DNA of 64,000 bases from Cyanophora paradoxa CCMP329. Taxonomy: Eukaryota > Plantae > Glaucophyta. Shown here piece by piece: positions 12,481 through 26,274 of this stretch. Positions within the stretch are counted from its first letter, which is position 1. Each line of letters begins with the position of its first letter. The stretch covers positions 124,001-188,000 of the forward strand of contig QPMI01000099.1 in assembly GCA_004431415.1 (NCBI GenBank). The letters are read 5' to 3'. Made by a program: the position numbers and the translations under genes. The notes under the pieces were generated by a model that was not told where the DNA came from, searched no databases, and was given only the letters and a program-made list of their open reading frames with translations.

Positions 12481-14174
12481 TTGCAAGGGGGGAAAGAAGA
12501 CCGAAGGTCTTCCCCCCCTGGCTTCCCGTTCCCTCGCTTCAGCCAAAAGTTTTCTATGAGGCCGTTTTCGAGGTCCAGTATGCAACACCAGAAACAAATG
12601 ATGCTTTATTCGCGATCCGATTGGCTCGGTGGACCGGTCAGCTTTCGACTTTCGAGCGTCAAAATCGAGGGGAAAAGTGGTTTTCGAGGGAAAACGAACT
12701 TCTCCTCACTCCGGTCTTCGAATTTCTTGCGCGGTTATGCATGGAACCAGTTCTCCCTAGCTGTCTCCTCTAGATTTCGGCTTCCTCGCACTGCGCCGCG
12801 TACGCCGCACGGTACCCGTGCCGCCTGGACTACTTTTGACTGCATACGGTGCCTAGCTGCGCCGCTGATTGCAGCCGAGCACGCCCGGCCGTGCAGATCT
12901 AGACGGTGCTCTCTTGCTGCGCTCAGCACGTCTCCGAAATCGAGCTTATACCGCAGAACCGCGTGCGCCGCGGCCGCTGCCCGCAGCCGAGCACGCCGGC
13001 CGGGCCGGGGGAGAAGCCGGATCCGCTGCTCGGCTTCTCGGTTTCGCCGCCCCAAGCCCCAAGCCAGCAGCTTTATGCCCGGTAGTAGCTTCGAATACGC
13101 CAAATTAAATTACGCGCGTGAGTCTGCTGCTGTGGGACGGCGAGCTGCAGCCGCTTCTGTGCCCGGAGACGTCGTCCCGGGGCGGGACTTCGTGGCGGGT
13201 GGCGCATGCGCGCAGGCTGCACGGTGTCGTCATCATGCAACGGCGGAATTTGCTTACATTGTGCGGACGGAGCCCGTGAACACTTCTGCTGGCGCCAGAA
13301 CTTGTTTCGTCATGTCCGGCAGCACAGTCGCAGCGCTCGAGTTCGTGCAGTTTCGATCGAGTCGCGCGCTGGCAAAAACGCAGCTCCTAACGCACGTATT
13401 CGCCGCCACGCAGGGCACTTCCAATTCAGCAGTGCGTGCCCAGTCTTCAGTTGGCGTTCAGCTTTCTGAAATTATATTGCATACACAGGTCGCCGCAGCT
13501 GAAGACCACAGAAGCCCTCCCACAGGCTTATCGTCACCTCTTCCTCTGGCGGTACCCTGTCGTTAGTCTTCAGGACCGGCGCCGCTGGCTGCCGCTCACC
13601 CCCATGGCCGACTTCCGCCCCGACCCCCTCCAGAAGGCCTGGATCGCATATGTTTACGGCGAGCCCTCTGCAGACAGCACCATCATCTTTTAGCCAGCTG
13701 TTCAGGGTTAGCGGTAGGCCGTGCGAACACAGTTGATGCGCAGCGTTTTCTCGCTCCAGAACAATCTTTCTTATACAGTGCGCTGAATCTGGCCTTCCAT
13801 TGAGCCTTTTCTTTATTCGGTTTGATCGCAGCGTCTGCTTAATGGGCCTTTTCTATTTTTTATAATCATATCAACCTGCCGTAGGTAGGCCGTGCGAACA
13901 CAGTTGATGCGCAGCGTTTTCTCGCTCCAGAACAATCTTTCTTATACAGTGCGCTGAATCTGGCCTTTCATTGAGCCTTTTCTTTATTCGGTTTGATCGC
14001 AGCGTCTGCTTAATGGGCCTTTTCTGTGTCTATCTTTACACTTCAACCTGCCGCGCGCGCCGGGCCGGGGTCGATCTAGATCTGCCCCGTGCATGTGCGT
14101 GCCACTACGACTCTTTCATTAGATCCCGGTTCCCCCCTTGCACCCCGGCGCAAGAATCGCGGCCGGGCCCCTAG
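12481..14174 (+). mobile_element. Non-autonomous Helitron-like (rolling-circle, Helitron2/Helentron-type ends) element
   Basis: Inserted between A and T of satellite ATTAA|TATTGC with no TSD: anchor spacing 2125 minus the 1694-bp insert equals the normal 431-bp unit. Asymmetric 13-bp inverted repeat TGCAAGGGGGGAA (12482-12494) / TTCCCCCCTTGCA (14130-14142). 5' hairpin GAAGACC-GAA-GGTCTTC. 3' GC-rich hairpin followed by terminal CTAG. No Rep/helicase ORF. Confidence 0.8.
13713..14053. repeat. 171-bp tandem duplication inside the Helitron-like element
   Basis: GGTAGGCCGTGCGAACACAG...GGGCCTTTT starts at 13713 and again at 13884, nearly identical. Confidence 0.93.
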
Positions 14175-17100
14175 TATTGCAATTGCATGTGCTTTAAATG
14201 CAGGGTCGGCCGAAGCACTCATTTCTGAACCCGAGCCACAAGAGTTACGAATACGATCCGCGCAGCCGGCCGTCGATCGCGACGCAGCAACGCCGGGAGC
14301 TCCGCCAATAATATTACGATTGCAAGTGCACTAAATGCAGGGTCGGCTGACGCTCTCACTTCCGAACCCAAGCCACTTGAATAAGGAATCCGATCCGTGC
14401 AGCCGGCTGCTGATTGCGACACAGGGACGGCCGACGCTCCAACGATTTAAATATATTGCAACTTGGCAACTGCAGTTGCACTGAATGCAGGGTCGGCTGA
14501 AGCTTAAGATCTCCACCCCCAACTCAAGCGACTGTAATTAAAGATTAGATCATTGCAGCCGGCCGCCGATCGCAAAGTGGGGACGCCAGGAGCTCCGACG
14601 ATTAATATTGCAAATGCCGCCGATCGCGCCGCAGGGACGGCCGATGCTCGAACGATCTTTATTGCAATTGCATGTGCTCTAAATGCAAGGTCGGCTGAAG
14701 CTCGCATTCCCGAACCCGAGCCACTATTTTGTAGAAACCGATCCGCGCAGCCGGCCGTTGATCGCGACGCAGGGACAACCGATGCTCGAATGCAGGGTCG
14801 GCTGACGCTCTCACTTCCGAACCCAAGCCACTTGAATAAGGAATCCGATCCGTGCAGCCGGCTGCTGATTGCGACACAGGGACGGCCGACGCTCCAACGA
14901 TTTAAATATATTGCAGCTTGGCAACTGCAGTTGCACTGAATGCAGGGTCGGCTGAAGCTTAAGATCTCCACCCCCAACTCAAGCAACTGTAATTAAAGAT
15001 TAGATCATTGCAGCCAGCCGCCGATCGCAAAGTGGGGACGCCAGGAGCTCCGACAATTAATATTGCAAATTCCGCCGATCGCGACACAGGGACGGCCGAT
15101 GCTCGAACGATCTATATTGCAAATGCATGCCATGATGTGCTCTAAATGCAAGGTCGGCTGAAGCTCGCATTCCCGAACTCGATCCACTTGAATAAAGAAT
15201 CCGATCCGTGCAGCCGGATGCCGATTGCGACACAGGGACGGCCGACGCTCCGACGATTGATAAAACCATTGCAAGTGCACTCAATGCCGAATCAGCTGAA
15301 GCTCTCAATTTCGAACATGAGCCCCTAGAATTAAGAATCCGATCCGCGCAGCCGGCCGTCAATCGCGACGCAGCAACGACGGGAGCTCCGCCAATAATAT
15401 TACGATTGCAAGTGCACAAAATGCATGCGCAGGGTCGGCTGACGCTCTCACTTCCGAACCCAAGCCACGTGAATAAAGAATCCGATCCGTGCAGCCGGCT
15501 GCTGATTGCGACACAGGGACGGCCGACGCTCCAACGATTTGTATTGCAGCTTGGCAACTGCAGTTGCACTGAATGCTGGGTCGGCTGAAGCTCAAGATCT
15601 CCACCCCAACTCAAGCAACTGTAATTAAAGATTAGATCATTGCAGCCAGCCGCCGATCGCAAAGTGGGGACGCCAGGAGCTCCGACGATTAATATTGCAA
15701 TTGCATGTGCTTTAAATGCAGGGTCGGCCGAAGCACTCATTTCTGAACCCGAGCCACAAGAGTTAAGAATCCGATCCGCGCAGCCGGCCGCCGATCGCGA
15801 CATGGGGACAGCAGACGACCGAACGAGTTATATTGAAATTGCATGTGCTCTAAATGCAAGGCCGGCTGAAGCTCTCATTCCCGAACCCGAGCAACTATTA
15901 TTTAGATTTCGATCCGCGCAGCCAACCGTCGATCGCGACGTCGCCGCTGGCACAGCCGACGCTCCGACGATTAATAAAATCATTGCAAGTACACTCAATG
16001 CCGAAGCAGCTGAAGCTCCCAATTTCGAACACGAGCCCTAGAATTAAGAATCCGATCCGCGCAGACGGTCGTCGATCGCGACGCAGCAACGCCGGGAGCT
16101 CCGCCAATACTATTACGATTGCAAGTGCACTAAATGCAGGGTCGGCTGACGCTCTCACTTCCGAACCCAAGCCACTTGAATTAAGAATCCGATCCGTGCA
16201 GCCGGCTGCTGATTGCGACACAGGGACGGCCGACGCTCCAACGATATAAATATATTGCAACTTGGCAACTGCAGTTGCACTGAATGCAGGGTCGGCTGAA
16301 GCTTAAGATCTCCACCCCCAACTCAAGCGACTGTAATTAAAGATTAGATCATTGCAGCCGGCCGCCGATCGCAAAGTGGGGACGCCAGAAGCTCCGACGA
16401 TTAATATTGCAATTGCATGTGCTTTAAATGCAGGGTCGGCCGAAGCTCGCATTTCTGAACCCGAGCCACAAGAGTTACGAATACGATCCGCGCAGCCGGC
16501 CGTCGATCGCGACGCAGCAACGCCGGGAGCTCCGCCAATACTATTACGATTGCAAGTGCACTAAATGCAGGGTCGGCTGACGCTCGAGCTCTCACTTCCG
16601 AACCCAAGCCACGTGAATAAGGAATCCGATCCGTGCAGCCGGCTGCTGATTGCGACACAGGGACGGCCGACGCTCCAACGATATAAATATATTGCAGCTT
16701 GGCAACTGCAGTTGCACTGAATGCAGGGTCGGCTGAAGCTCAAGATCTCCACCCCCAACTCAAGCAACTGTAATTAAAGATTAGATCATTGCAGCCAGCC
16801 GCCGATCGCAAAGTGGGGACGCCAGGAGCTCCGACGATTAATATTGCAATTGCATGTGCTTAAAATGCAGGGTCAGCCGAAGCTCGCATTCCCGAACTCG
16901 AGCCACAAGAGTTTAGAATACGATCCGCGCAGCCGGCCGCCAAACGCGACGCAGCAACGCCGGGAGCTCCGCCAATAATATTACGATTGCAAGTGCACTA
17001 AATGCAGGGTCGGCTGACGCTCTCACTTCCGAACCCAAGCCACTTGAATAAGGAATCCGATCCGTGCAGCCGGCTGCTGATTGCGACACAGGGACGGCCG

Positions 17101-20100
17101 ACGCTCCAACGATATAAATATATTGCAACTTGGCAACTGCAGTTGCACTGAATGCAGGGTCGGCTGAAGCTTAAGACCTCCACCCCCAACTCAAGCGACT
17201 GAAATTAAAGATTAGATCATTGCAGCCGGCCGCCGATCGCAACGTGGGGACGCCAGAAGCTCCGACGATTAATATTGCAATTGCATGTGCTTTAAATGCA
17301 GGGTCGGCCGAAGCTCTCATTTCTGAACCCGAGCCACAAGAGTTAAGAATACGATCCGCGCAGCCGGCCGTCGATCGCGACGCAGCAACGCCGGGAGCTC
17401 CGCCAATAATATTACGATTGCAAGTGCACTAAATGCAGGGTCGGCTGACGCTCTCACTTCCGAACCCAAGCCACTTGAATAAGGAATCCGATCCGTGCAG
17501 CCGGCTGCTGATTGCGACACAGGGACGGCCGACGCTCAAACGATATAAATATATTGCAGGTTGGCCACTGCAGTAGCACTGAATGCAGGGTCGGCTGAAG
17601 CTTAAGATCTCCACCCCCAACTCAAGCAACTGTAATTAAAGATTAGATCATTGCAGCCAGCCGCCGATCGCAAAGTGGGGACGCCAGGAGCTCCGACGAT
17701 TAATATTGCAATTGCATGTGCTTTAAATGCAGGGTCAGCCGAAGCTCGCATTCCCGAACCCGAGCCACTATTTTGTAGAATACGATCCGCGCAGCCGGCC
17801 GTCGATCGCGACATGGGGACAGCAGACGACCCAACGAGTTATATGACAATTGCTTGTGCTCTAAATGCAAGGCCGGCTGAAGCTCTCATTCCCGAACCCG
17901 AGCCACTATTATTTAGAATCCGATCCGCGCAGCCGGCCGTCGATCGCGACGTCGATACTGGCACAGCCGACGCTCGGACGATTGATAAAATCATTGCAAG
18001 TACACTCAATGCCGAATCAACTTAAGCTCTCAATTTCGATCACGAGCCCCTAGAATTAAGAGATCGATCCGCGCAGCCGGCCGCCAAACGCGACGCAGCA
18101 ACGCCGGGAGCTCCGCCAATAATATTACGATTGCAAGTGCACTAAATGCAGGGTCGGCTGACGCTCTCACTTCCGAACCCAAGCCACTTGAATTAAGAAT
18201 CCGAACCGTGCAGCCGGCTGCTGATTGCGACACAGGGACGGCCGACGCTCCAACGATATACATATATTGCAGCTTGGCAACTGCAGTTGCACTGAATGCA
18301 GGGTCGGCTGAAGCTTAAGCTCTCCACCCCAGCTCAAGCAACTGTAATTAAAGATTAGAGCATTGCAGCCGGTCGCCGATCGCAAAGTGGGGACGCCAGG
18401 AGCTCCGACGATTAATATTGCAAATGCCGCCGATCGCGACGCAGGGACGGCCGATGCTCGAACGATCTATATTGCAATTGCATGTGCTCTAAATGCAAGG
18501 TCGGCTGAAGCTCGCATTCCCGAACCCGAGCCACTATTTTGTAGAAACCGATCCGCGCAGCCGGCCGTTGATCGCGACGCAGGGACAACCGATGCTCGAA
18601 TGCAGGGTCGGCTGACGCTTTCACTTCCGAACCCAAGCCACTTGAATAAGGAATCCGATCCGTGCAGCCGGCTGCTGATTGCGACACAGGGACGGCCGAC
18701 GCTCCAACGATTTAAATATATTGCAGCTTGGCAACTGCAGTTGCACTGAATGCAGGGTCGGCTGAAGCTTAAGATCTCCACCCCCAGCTCAAGCGACTGT
18801 AATTAAAGATTAGATCATTGCAGCCGGCCGCCGATCGCAAAGTGGGGACGCCAGAAGCTCCGACGATTAATATTGCAATTGCATGTGCTTTAAATGCAGG
18901 GTCGGCCGAAGCTCGCATTTCTGAACCCGAGCCACAAGAGTTAAGAATACGATCCGCGCAGCCGGCCGTCGATCGCGACGCAGCAACGCCGGGAGCTCCG
19001 CCAATACTATTACGATTGCAAGTGCACTAAATGCAGGGTCGGCTGACGCTCTCACTTCCGAACCCAAGCCACGTGAATAAGGAATCCGATCCGTGCAGAC
19101 GGCTGCTGATTGCGACACAGGGACGGCCGACGCTCCAACGATATAAATATATTGCAGCTTGGCAACTGCAGTTGCACTGAATGCAGGGTCGGCTGAAGCT
19201 TAAGATCTCCACCCCAACTCAAGCAACTGTAATTAAAGATTAGATCATTGCAGCCAGCCGCCGATCGCAAAGTGGGGACGCCAGGAGCTCCGACGATTAA
19301 TATTGCAATTGCATGTGCTTAAAATGCAGGGTCAGCCGAAGCTCGCATTCCCGAACTCGAGCCACAAGAGTTAAGAATACGATCCGCGCAGCCGGCCGCC
19401 AAACGCGACGCAGCAACGCCGGGAGCTCCGCCAATAATATTACGATTGCAAGTGCACTAAATGCAGGGTCGGCTGACGCTCTCACTTCCGAACCCAAGCC
19501 ACGTGAATTAAGAATCCGAACCGTGCAGCCGGCTGCTGATTGCGACACAGGGACGGCCGACGCTCCAACGATATAAATATATTGCAACTTGGCAACTGCA
19601 GTTGCACTGAATGCAGGGTCGGCTGAAGCTTAAGATCTCCACCCCCAACTCAAGCGACTGAAATTAAAGATTAGATCATTGCAGCCGGCCGCCGATCGCA
19701 ACGTGGGGACGCCAGAAGCTCCGACGATTAATATTGCAATTGCATGTACTTTAAATGCAGGGTCGGCCGAAGCTCTCATTTCTGAACCCGAGCCACAAGA
19801 GTTAAGAATACGATCCGCGCAGCCGGCCGTCGATCGCGACGCAGCAACGCCGGGAGCTCCGCCAATAATATTATAATTACGATTGCAAGTGCACTAAATG
19901 CAGGGTCGGCTGACGCTCTCACTTCCGAACCCAAGCCACTTGAATAAGGAATCCGATCCGTGCAGCCGGCTGCTGATTGCGACACAGGGACGGCCGACGC
20001 TCAAACGATATAAATATATTGCAGCTTGGCCACTGCAGTTGCACTGAATGCAGGGTCGGCTGAAGCTTAAGATCTCCACCCCCAACTCAAGCAACTGTAA

Positions 20101-23100
20101 TTAAAGATTAGATCATTGCAGCCAGCCGCCGATCGCAAAGTGGGGACGCCAGGAGCTCCGACGATTAATATTGCAATTGCATGTGCTTTAAATGCAGGGT
20201 CAGCCGAAGCTCGCATTCCCGAACCCGAGCCACTATTTTGTAGAATTCGATCCGCGCAGCCGGCCGTCGATCGCGACATGGGGACAGCAGACGACCCAAC
20301 GAGTTATATGACAATTGCTTGTGCTCTAAATGCAAGGCCGGCTGAAGCTCTCATTCCCGAACCCGAGCCACTATTATTTAGAATCCGATCCGCGCAGCCG
20401 GCCGTCGATCGCGACGTCGATACTGGCACAGCCGACGCTCGGACGATTGATAAAATCATTGCAAGTACACTCAATGCCGAATCAACTTAAGCTCTCAATT
20501 TCGATCACGAGCCCCTAGAATTAAGAGATCGATCCGCGCAGCCGGCCGTCGATCGCGACGCAGCTGCAGCAAAGCCGGGAGCTCCGCCAATAATATTACG
20601 ATTGCAAGTGCACTAAATGCAGGGTCGGCTGACGCTCTCACTTCCGAACCCAAGCCACTTGAATTAAGAATCCGAACCGTGCAGCCGGCTGCTGATTGCG
20701 ACACAGGGACGGCCGACGCTCCAACGATATAAATATATTGCAACTTGGCAACTGCAGTTGCACTGAATGCAGGGTCGGCTGAAGCTTAAGATCTCCACCC
20801 CCAACTCAAGCGACTGAAATTAAAGATTAGATCATTGCAGCCGGCCGCCGATCGCAAAGTGGGGACGCCAGAAGCTCCGACGATTAATATTGCAATTGCA
20901 TGTGCTTTAAATGCAGGGTCGGCCGAAGCTCTCATTTCTGAACCCGAGCCACAAGAGTTAAGAATACGATCCGCGCAGCCGGCCGTCGATCGCGACGCAG
21001 CAACGCCGGGAGCTCCGCCAATACTATTACGATTGCAAGTGCACTAAATGCAGGGTCGGCTGACGCTCTCACTTCCGAACCCAAGCCACTTGAATAAGGA
21101 ATCCGATCCGTGCAGCCGGCTGCTGATTGCGACACAGGGACGGCCGACGCTCCAACGATATAAATATATTGCAGCTTGGCAACTGCAGTTGCACTGAATG
21201 CAGGGTCGGCTGAAGCTTAAGATCTCCACCCCCAACTCAAGCGACTGAAATTAATGATTAGATCATTGCAGCCGGCCGCCGATCGCAAAGTGGGGACGCC
21301 AGAAGCTCCGACGATTAATATTGCAATTGCATGTGCTTTAAATGCAGGGTCGGCCGAAGCTCTCATTTCTGAACCCGAGCCACAAGAGTTAAGAATACGA
21401 TCCGCGCAGCCGGCCGTCGATCGCGACGCAGCAACGCCGGGAGCTCCGCCAATACTATTACGATTGCAAGTGCACTAAATGCAGGGTCGGCTGACGCTCT
21501 CACTTCCGAACCCAAGCCACTTGAATAAGGAATCCGATCCGTGCAGCCGGCTGCTGATTGCGACACAGGGACGGCCGACGCTCCAACGATATAAATATAT
21601 TGCAGCTTGGCAACTGCAGTTGCACTGAATGCAGGGTCGGCTGAAGCTTAAGATCTCCACCCCAGCTCAAGCAACTGTAACTAAAGATTAGATCATTGCA
21701 GCCGGTCGCCGATCGCAAAGTGGGGACGCCAGGAGCTCCGACGATTAATATTGCAAATGCCGCCGATCGCGACGCAGGGACGGCCGATGCTCGAACGATC
21801 TATATTGCAATTGCATGTGCTCTAAATGCAAGGTCGGCTGAAGCTCGCATTCCCGAACCCGAGCCACTATTTTGTAGAAACCGATCCGCGCAGCCGGCCG
21901 TTGATCGCGACGCAGGGACAACCGATGCTCGAATGCAGGGTCGGCTGACGCTCTCACTTCCGAACCCAAGCCACTTGAATAAGGAATCCGATCCGTGCAG
22001 CCGGCTGCTGATTGCGACACAGGGACGGCCGACGCTCCAACGATTTAAATATATTGCAGCTTGGCAACTGCAGTTGCACTGAATGCAGGGTCGGCTGAAG
22101 CTTAAGATCTCCACCCCCAGCTCAAGCGACTGTAATTAAAGATTAGATCATTGCAGCCGGCCGCCGATCGCAAAGTGGGGACGCCAGAAGCTCCGACGAT
22201 TAATATTGCAATTGCATGTGCTTTAAATGCAGGGTCGGCCGAAGCTCGCATTTCTGAACCCGAGCCACAAGAGTTAAGAATACGATCCGCGCAGCCGGCC
22301 GTCGATCGCGACGCAGCAACGCCGGGAGCTCCGCCAATACTATTACGATTGCAAGTGCACTAAATGCAGGGTCGGCTGACGCTCTCACTTCCGAACCCAA
22401 GCCACGTGAATAAGGAATCCGATCCGTGCAGACGGCTGCTGATTGCGACACAGGGACGGCCGACGCTCCAACGATATAAATATATTGCAGCTTGGCAACT
22501 GCAGTTGCACTGAATGCAGGGTCGGCTGAAGCTTAAGATCTCCACCCCCAACTCAAGCAACTGTAATTAAAGATTAGATCATTGCAGCCAGCCGCCGATC
22601 GCAAAGTGGGGACGCCAGGAGCTCCGACGATTAATATTGCAATTGCATGTGCTTAAAATGCAGGGTCAGCCGAAGCTCGCATTCCCGAACTCGAGCCACA
22701 AGAGTTAAGAATACGATCCGCGCAGCCGGCCGCCAAACGCGACGCAGCAACGCCGGGAGCTCCGCCAATAATATTACGATTGCAAGTGCACTAAATGCAG
22801 GGTCGGCTGACGCTCTCACTTCCGAACCCAAGCCACTTGAATTAAGAATCCGAACCGTGCAGCCGGCTGCTGATTGCGACACAGGGACGGCCGACGCTCC
22901 AACGATATAAATATATTGCAACTTGGCAACTGCAGTTGCACTGAATGCAGGGTCGGCTGAAGCTTAAGATCTCCACCCCCAACTCAAGCGACTGAAATTA
23001 AAGATTAGATCATTGCAGCCGGCCGCCGATCGCAACGTGGGGACGCCAGAAGCTCCGACGATTAATATTGCAATTGCATGTGCTTTAAATGCAGGGTCGG

Positions 23101-25888
23101 CCGAAGCTCTCATTTCTGAACCCGAGCCACAAGAGTTAAGAATACGATCCGCGCAGCCGGCCGCCAAACGCGACGCAGCAACGCCGGGAGCTCCGCCAAT
23201 AATATTACGATTGCAAGTGCACTAAATGCAGGGTCGGCTGACGCTCTCACTTCCGAACCCAAGCCACTTGAATTAAGAATCCGAACCGTGCAGCCGGCTG
23301 CTGATTGCGACACAGGGACGGCCGACGCTCCAACGATATAAATATATTGCAACTTGGCAACTGCAGTTGCACTGAATGCAGGGTCGGCTGAAGCTTAAGA
23401 TCTCCACCCCCAACTCAAGCGACTGAAATTAAAGATTAGATCATTGCAGCCGGCCGCCGATCGCAACGTGGGGACGCCAGAAGCTCCGACGATTAATATT
23501 GCAATTGCATGTGCTTTAAATGCAGGGTCGGCCGAAGCTCTCATTTCTGAACCCGAGCCACAAGAGTTAAGAATACGATCCGCGCAGCCGGCCGTCGATC
23601 GCGACGCAGCAAAGCCGGGAGCTCCGCCAATAATATTATAATTACGATTGCAAGTGCACTAAATGCAGGGTCGGCTGACGCTCTCACTTCCGAACCCAAG
23701 CCACTTGAATAAGGAATCCGATCCGTGCAGCCGGCTGCTGATTGCGACACAGGGAAGGCCGACGCTCAAACGATATAAATATATTGCAGCTTGGCCACTG
23801 CAGTTGCACTGAATGCAGGGTCGGCTGAAGCTTAAGATCTCCACCCCCAACTCAAGCAACTGTAATTAAAGATTAGATCATTGCAGCCGGTCGCCGATCG
23901 CAAAGTGGGGACGCCAGGAGCTCCGACGATTAATATTGCAATTGCATGTGCTTTAAATGCAGGGTCAGCCGAAGCTCGCATTCCCGAACCCGAGCCACTA
24001 TTTTGTAGAATACGATCCGCGCAGCCGGCCGTCGATCGCGACATGGGGACAGCAGACGACCCAACGAGTTATATGACAATTGCTTGTGCTCTAAATGCAA
24101 GGCCGGCTGAAGCTCTCATTCCCGAACCCGAGCCACTATTATTTAGAATCCGATCCGCGCAGCCGGCCGTCGATCGCGACGTCGATACTGGCACAGCCGA
24201 CGCTCGGACGATTGATAAAATCATTGCAAGTACACTCAATGCCGAATCAACTTAAGCTCTCAATTTCGATCACGAGCCCCTAGAATTAAGAGATCGATCC
24301 GCGCAGCCGGCCGTCGATCGCGACGCAGCTGCAGCAAAGCCGGGAGCTCCGCCAATAATATTACGATTGCAAGTGCACTAAATGCAGGGTCGGCTGACGC
24401 TCTCACTTCCGAACACAAGCCACTTGAATTAAGAATCCGAACCGTGCAGCCGGCTGCTGATTGCGACACAGGGACGGCCGACGCTCCAACGATATAAATA
24501 TATTGCAACTTGGCAACTGCAGTTGCACTGAATGCAGGGTCGGCTGAAGCTTAAGATCTCCACCCCAACTCAAGCGACTGAAATTAAAGATTAGATCATT
24601 GCAGCCGGCCGCCGATCGCAAAGTGGGGACGCCAGAAGCTCCGACGATTAATATTGCAATTGCATGTGCTTTAAATGCAGGGTCGGCCGAAGCTCTCATT
24701 TCTGAACCCGAGCCACAAGAGTTAAGAATACGATCCGCGCAGCCGGCCGTCGATCGCGACGCAGCAACGCCGGGAGCTCCGCCAATACTATTACGATTGC
24801 AAGTGCACTAAATGCAGGGTCGGCTGACGCTCTCACTTCCGAACCCAAGCCACTTGAATAAGGAATCCGATCCGTGCAGCCGGCTGCTGATTGCGACACA
24901 GGGACGGCCGACGCTCCAACGATATAAATATATTGCAGCTTGGCAACTGCAGTTGCACTGAATGCAGGGTCGGCTGAAGCTTAAGATCTCCACCCCAGCT
25001 CAAGCAACTGTAATTAAAGATTAGATCATTGCAGCCGGTCGCCGATCGCAAAGTGGGGACGCCAGGAGCTCCGACGATTAATATTGCAAATGCCGCCGAT
25101 CGCGACGCAGGGACGGCCGATGCTCGAACGATCTATATTGCAATTGCATGTGCTCTAAATGCAAGGTCGGCTGAAGCTCGCATTCCCGAACCCGAGCCAC
25201 TATTTTGTAGAAACCGATCCGCGCAGCCGGCCGTTGATCGCGACGCAGGGACAACCGATGCTCGAATGCAGGGTCGGCTGACGCTCTCACTTCCGAACCC
25301 AAGCCACTTGAATAAGGAATCCGATCCGTGCAGCCGGCTGCTGATTGCGACACAGGGACGGCCGACGCTCCAACGATATAAATATATTGCAGCTTGGCAA
25401 CTGCAGTTGCACTGAATGCAGGGTCGGCTGAAGCTTAAGATCTCCACCCCAGCTCAAGCAACTGTAATTAAAGATTAGATCATTGCAGCCGGTCGCCGAT
25501 CGCAAAGTGGGGACGCCAGGAGCTCCGACGATTAATATTGCAAATGCCGCCGATCGCGACGCAGGGACGGCCGATGCTCGAACGATCTATATTGCAATTG
25601 CATGTGCTCTAAATGCAAGGTCGGCTGAAGCTCGCATTCCCGAACCCGAGCCACTATTTTGTAGAAACCGATCCGCGCAGCCGGCCGTTGATCGCGACGC
25701 AGGGACAACCGATGCTCGAATGCAGGGTCGGCTGACGCTCTCACTTCCGAACCCAAGCCACTTGAATAAGGAATCCGATCCGTGCAGCCGGCTGCTGATT
25801 GCGACACAGGGACGGCCGACGCTCCAACGATTTGTATTGCAGCTTGGCAACTGCAGTTGCACTGAATGCAGGGTCGGCTGAAGCTTAA
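14175..25888. repeat. Satellite array, block C, with higher-order structure
   Basis: Anchor spacings of 430/431, 437, 454/455, 712 and 718/719 bp. The 455-bp variant unit starts at 18363, 21696 and 25029 (3333-bp period). Confidence 0.97.
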
Positions 25889-26150
25889 AAAAAATGAGAG
25901 TACCCCCATCGGGGTGGGCCCGCCCTCTTTGCCACCCTCAACCCCCAAACCCACCCCTCACTCACCCACTCCAGCGCCTTCCCAGCCCTCATTCTTTCCC
26001 ACTCTCTCGCTACGTCTACCGCCCTTCTCTCCCTCTGGTCTACCTCCCCTTCCATCCAGCAACCACTAGGTAGTATCTAGTGTCTAGGTCGATCGATATT
26101 GCAAAACGATATAGCAGTGAATTGAGGCGGGCCCCCAAACGCGCCGGTCT
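25889..26150 (+). repeat. Left terminal inverted repeat of the virus
   Basis: AAAAAATGAGAGTACCCCCATCGGGGTGGG...AAACGCGCCGGTCT is the reverse complement of 36855-37114, with an imperfect middle part. Confidence 0.95.
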
Positions 26151-26274
26151 TTGAATCACCAACGGGTCACCGCAATTGAGGTTTCTCTTATTTTGTCATA
26201 AAGAGATCCCTTTCCAATATTGCTATGTGAAGTTGCGTTTGGAACAAGCAAAAAAATTGTGATATATACTTCCA

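Noticed and set aside
12481-13566. 361-aa ORF as a transposase or Rep protein
   Set aside because: It starts at a TTG at the element boundary and has no HUH, helicase or DDE motifs.
39-25881. The many short ORFs (MQPAADRK.., IAIACALNAGSAEA..) as a repeat-protein gene
   Set aside because: They are translations of the satellite. Unit lengths of 431, 437, 455 and 712 break the frame, stops recur, and starts are mostly TTG.
1-25888. CRISPR-like array
   Set aside because: There are no unique spacers (the whole unit is repeated), no cas genes, and the context is eukaryotic.
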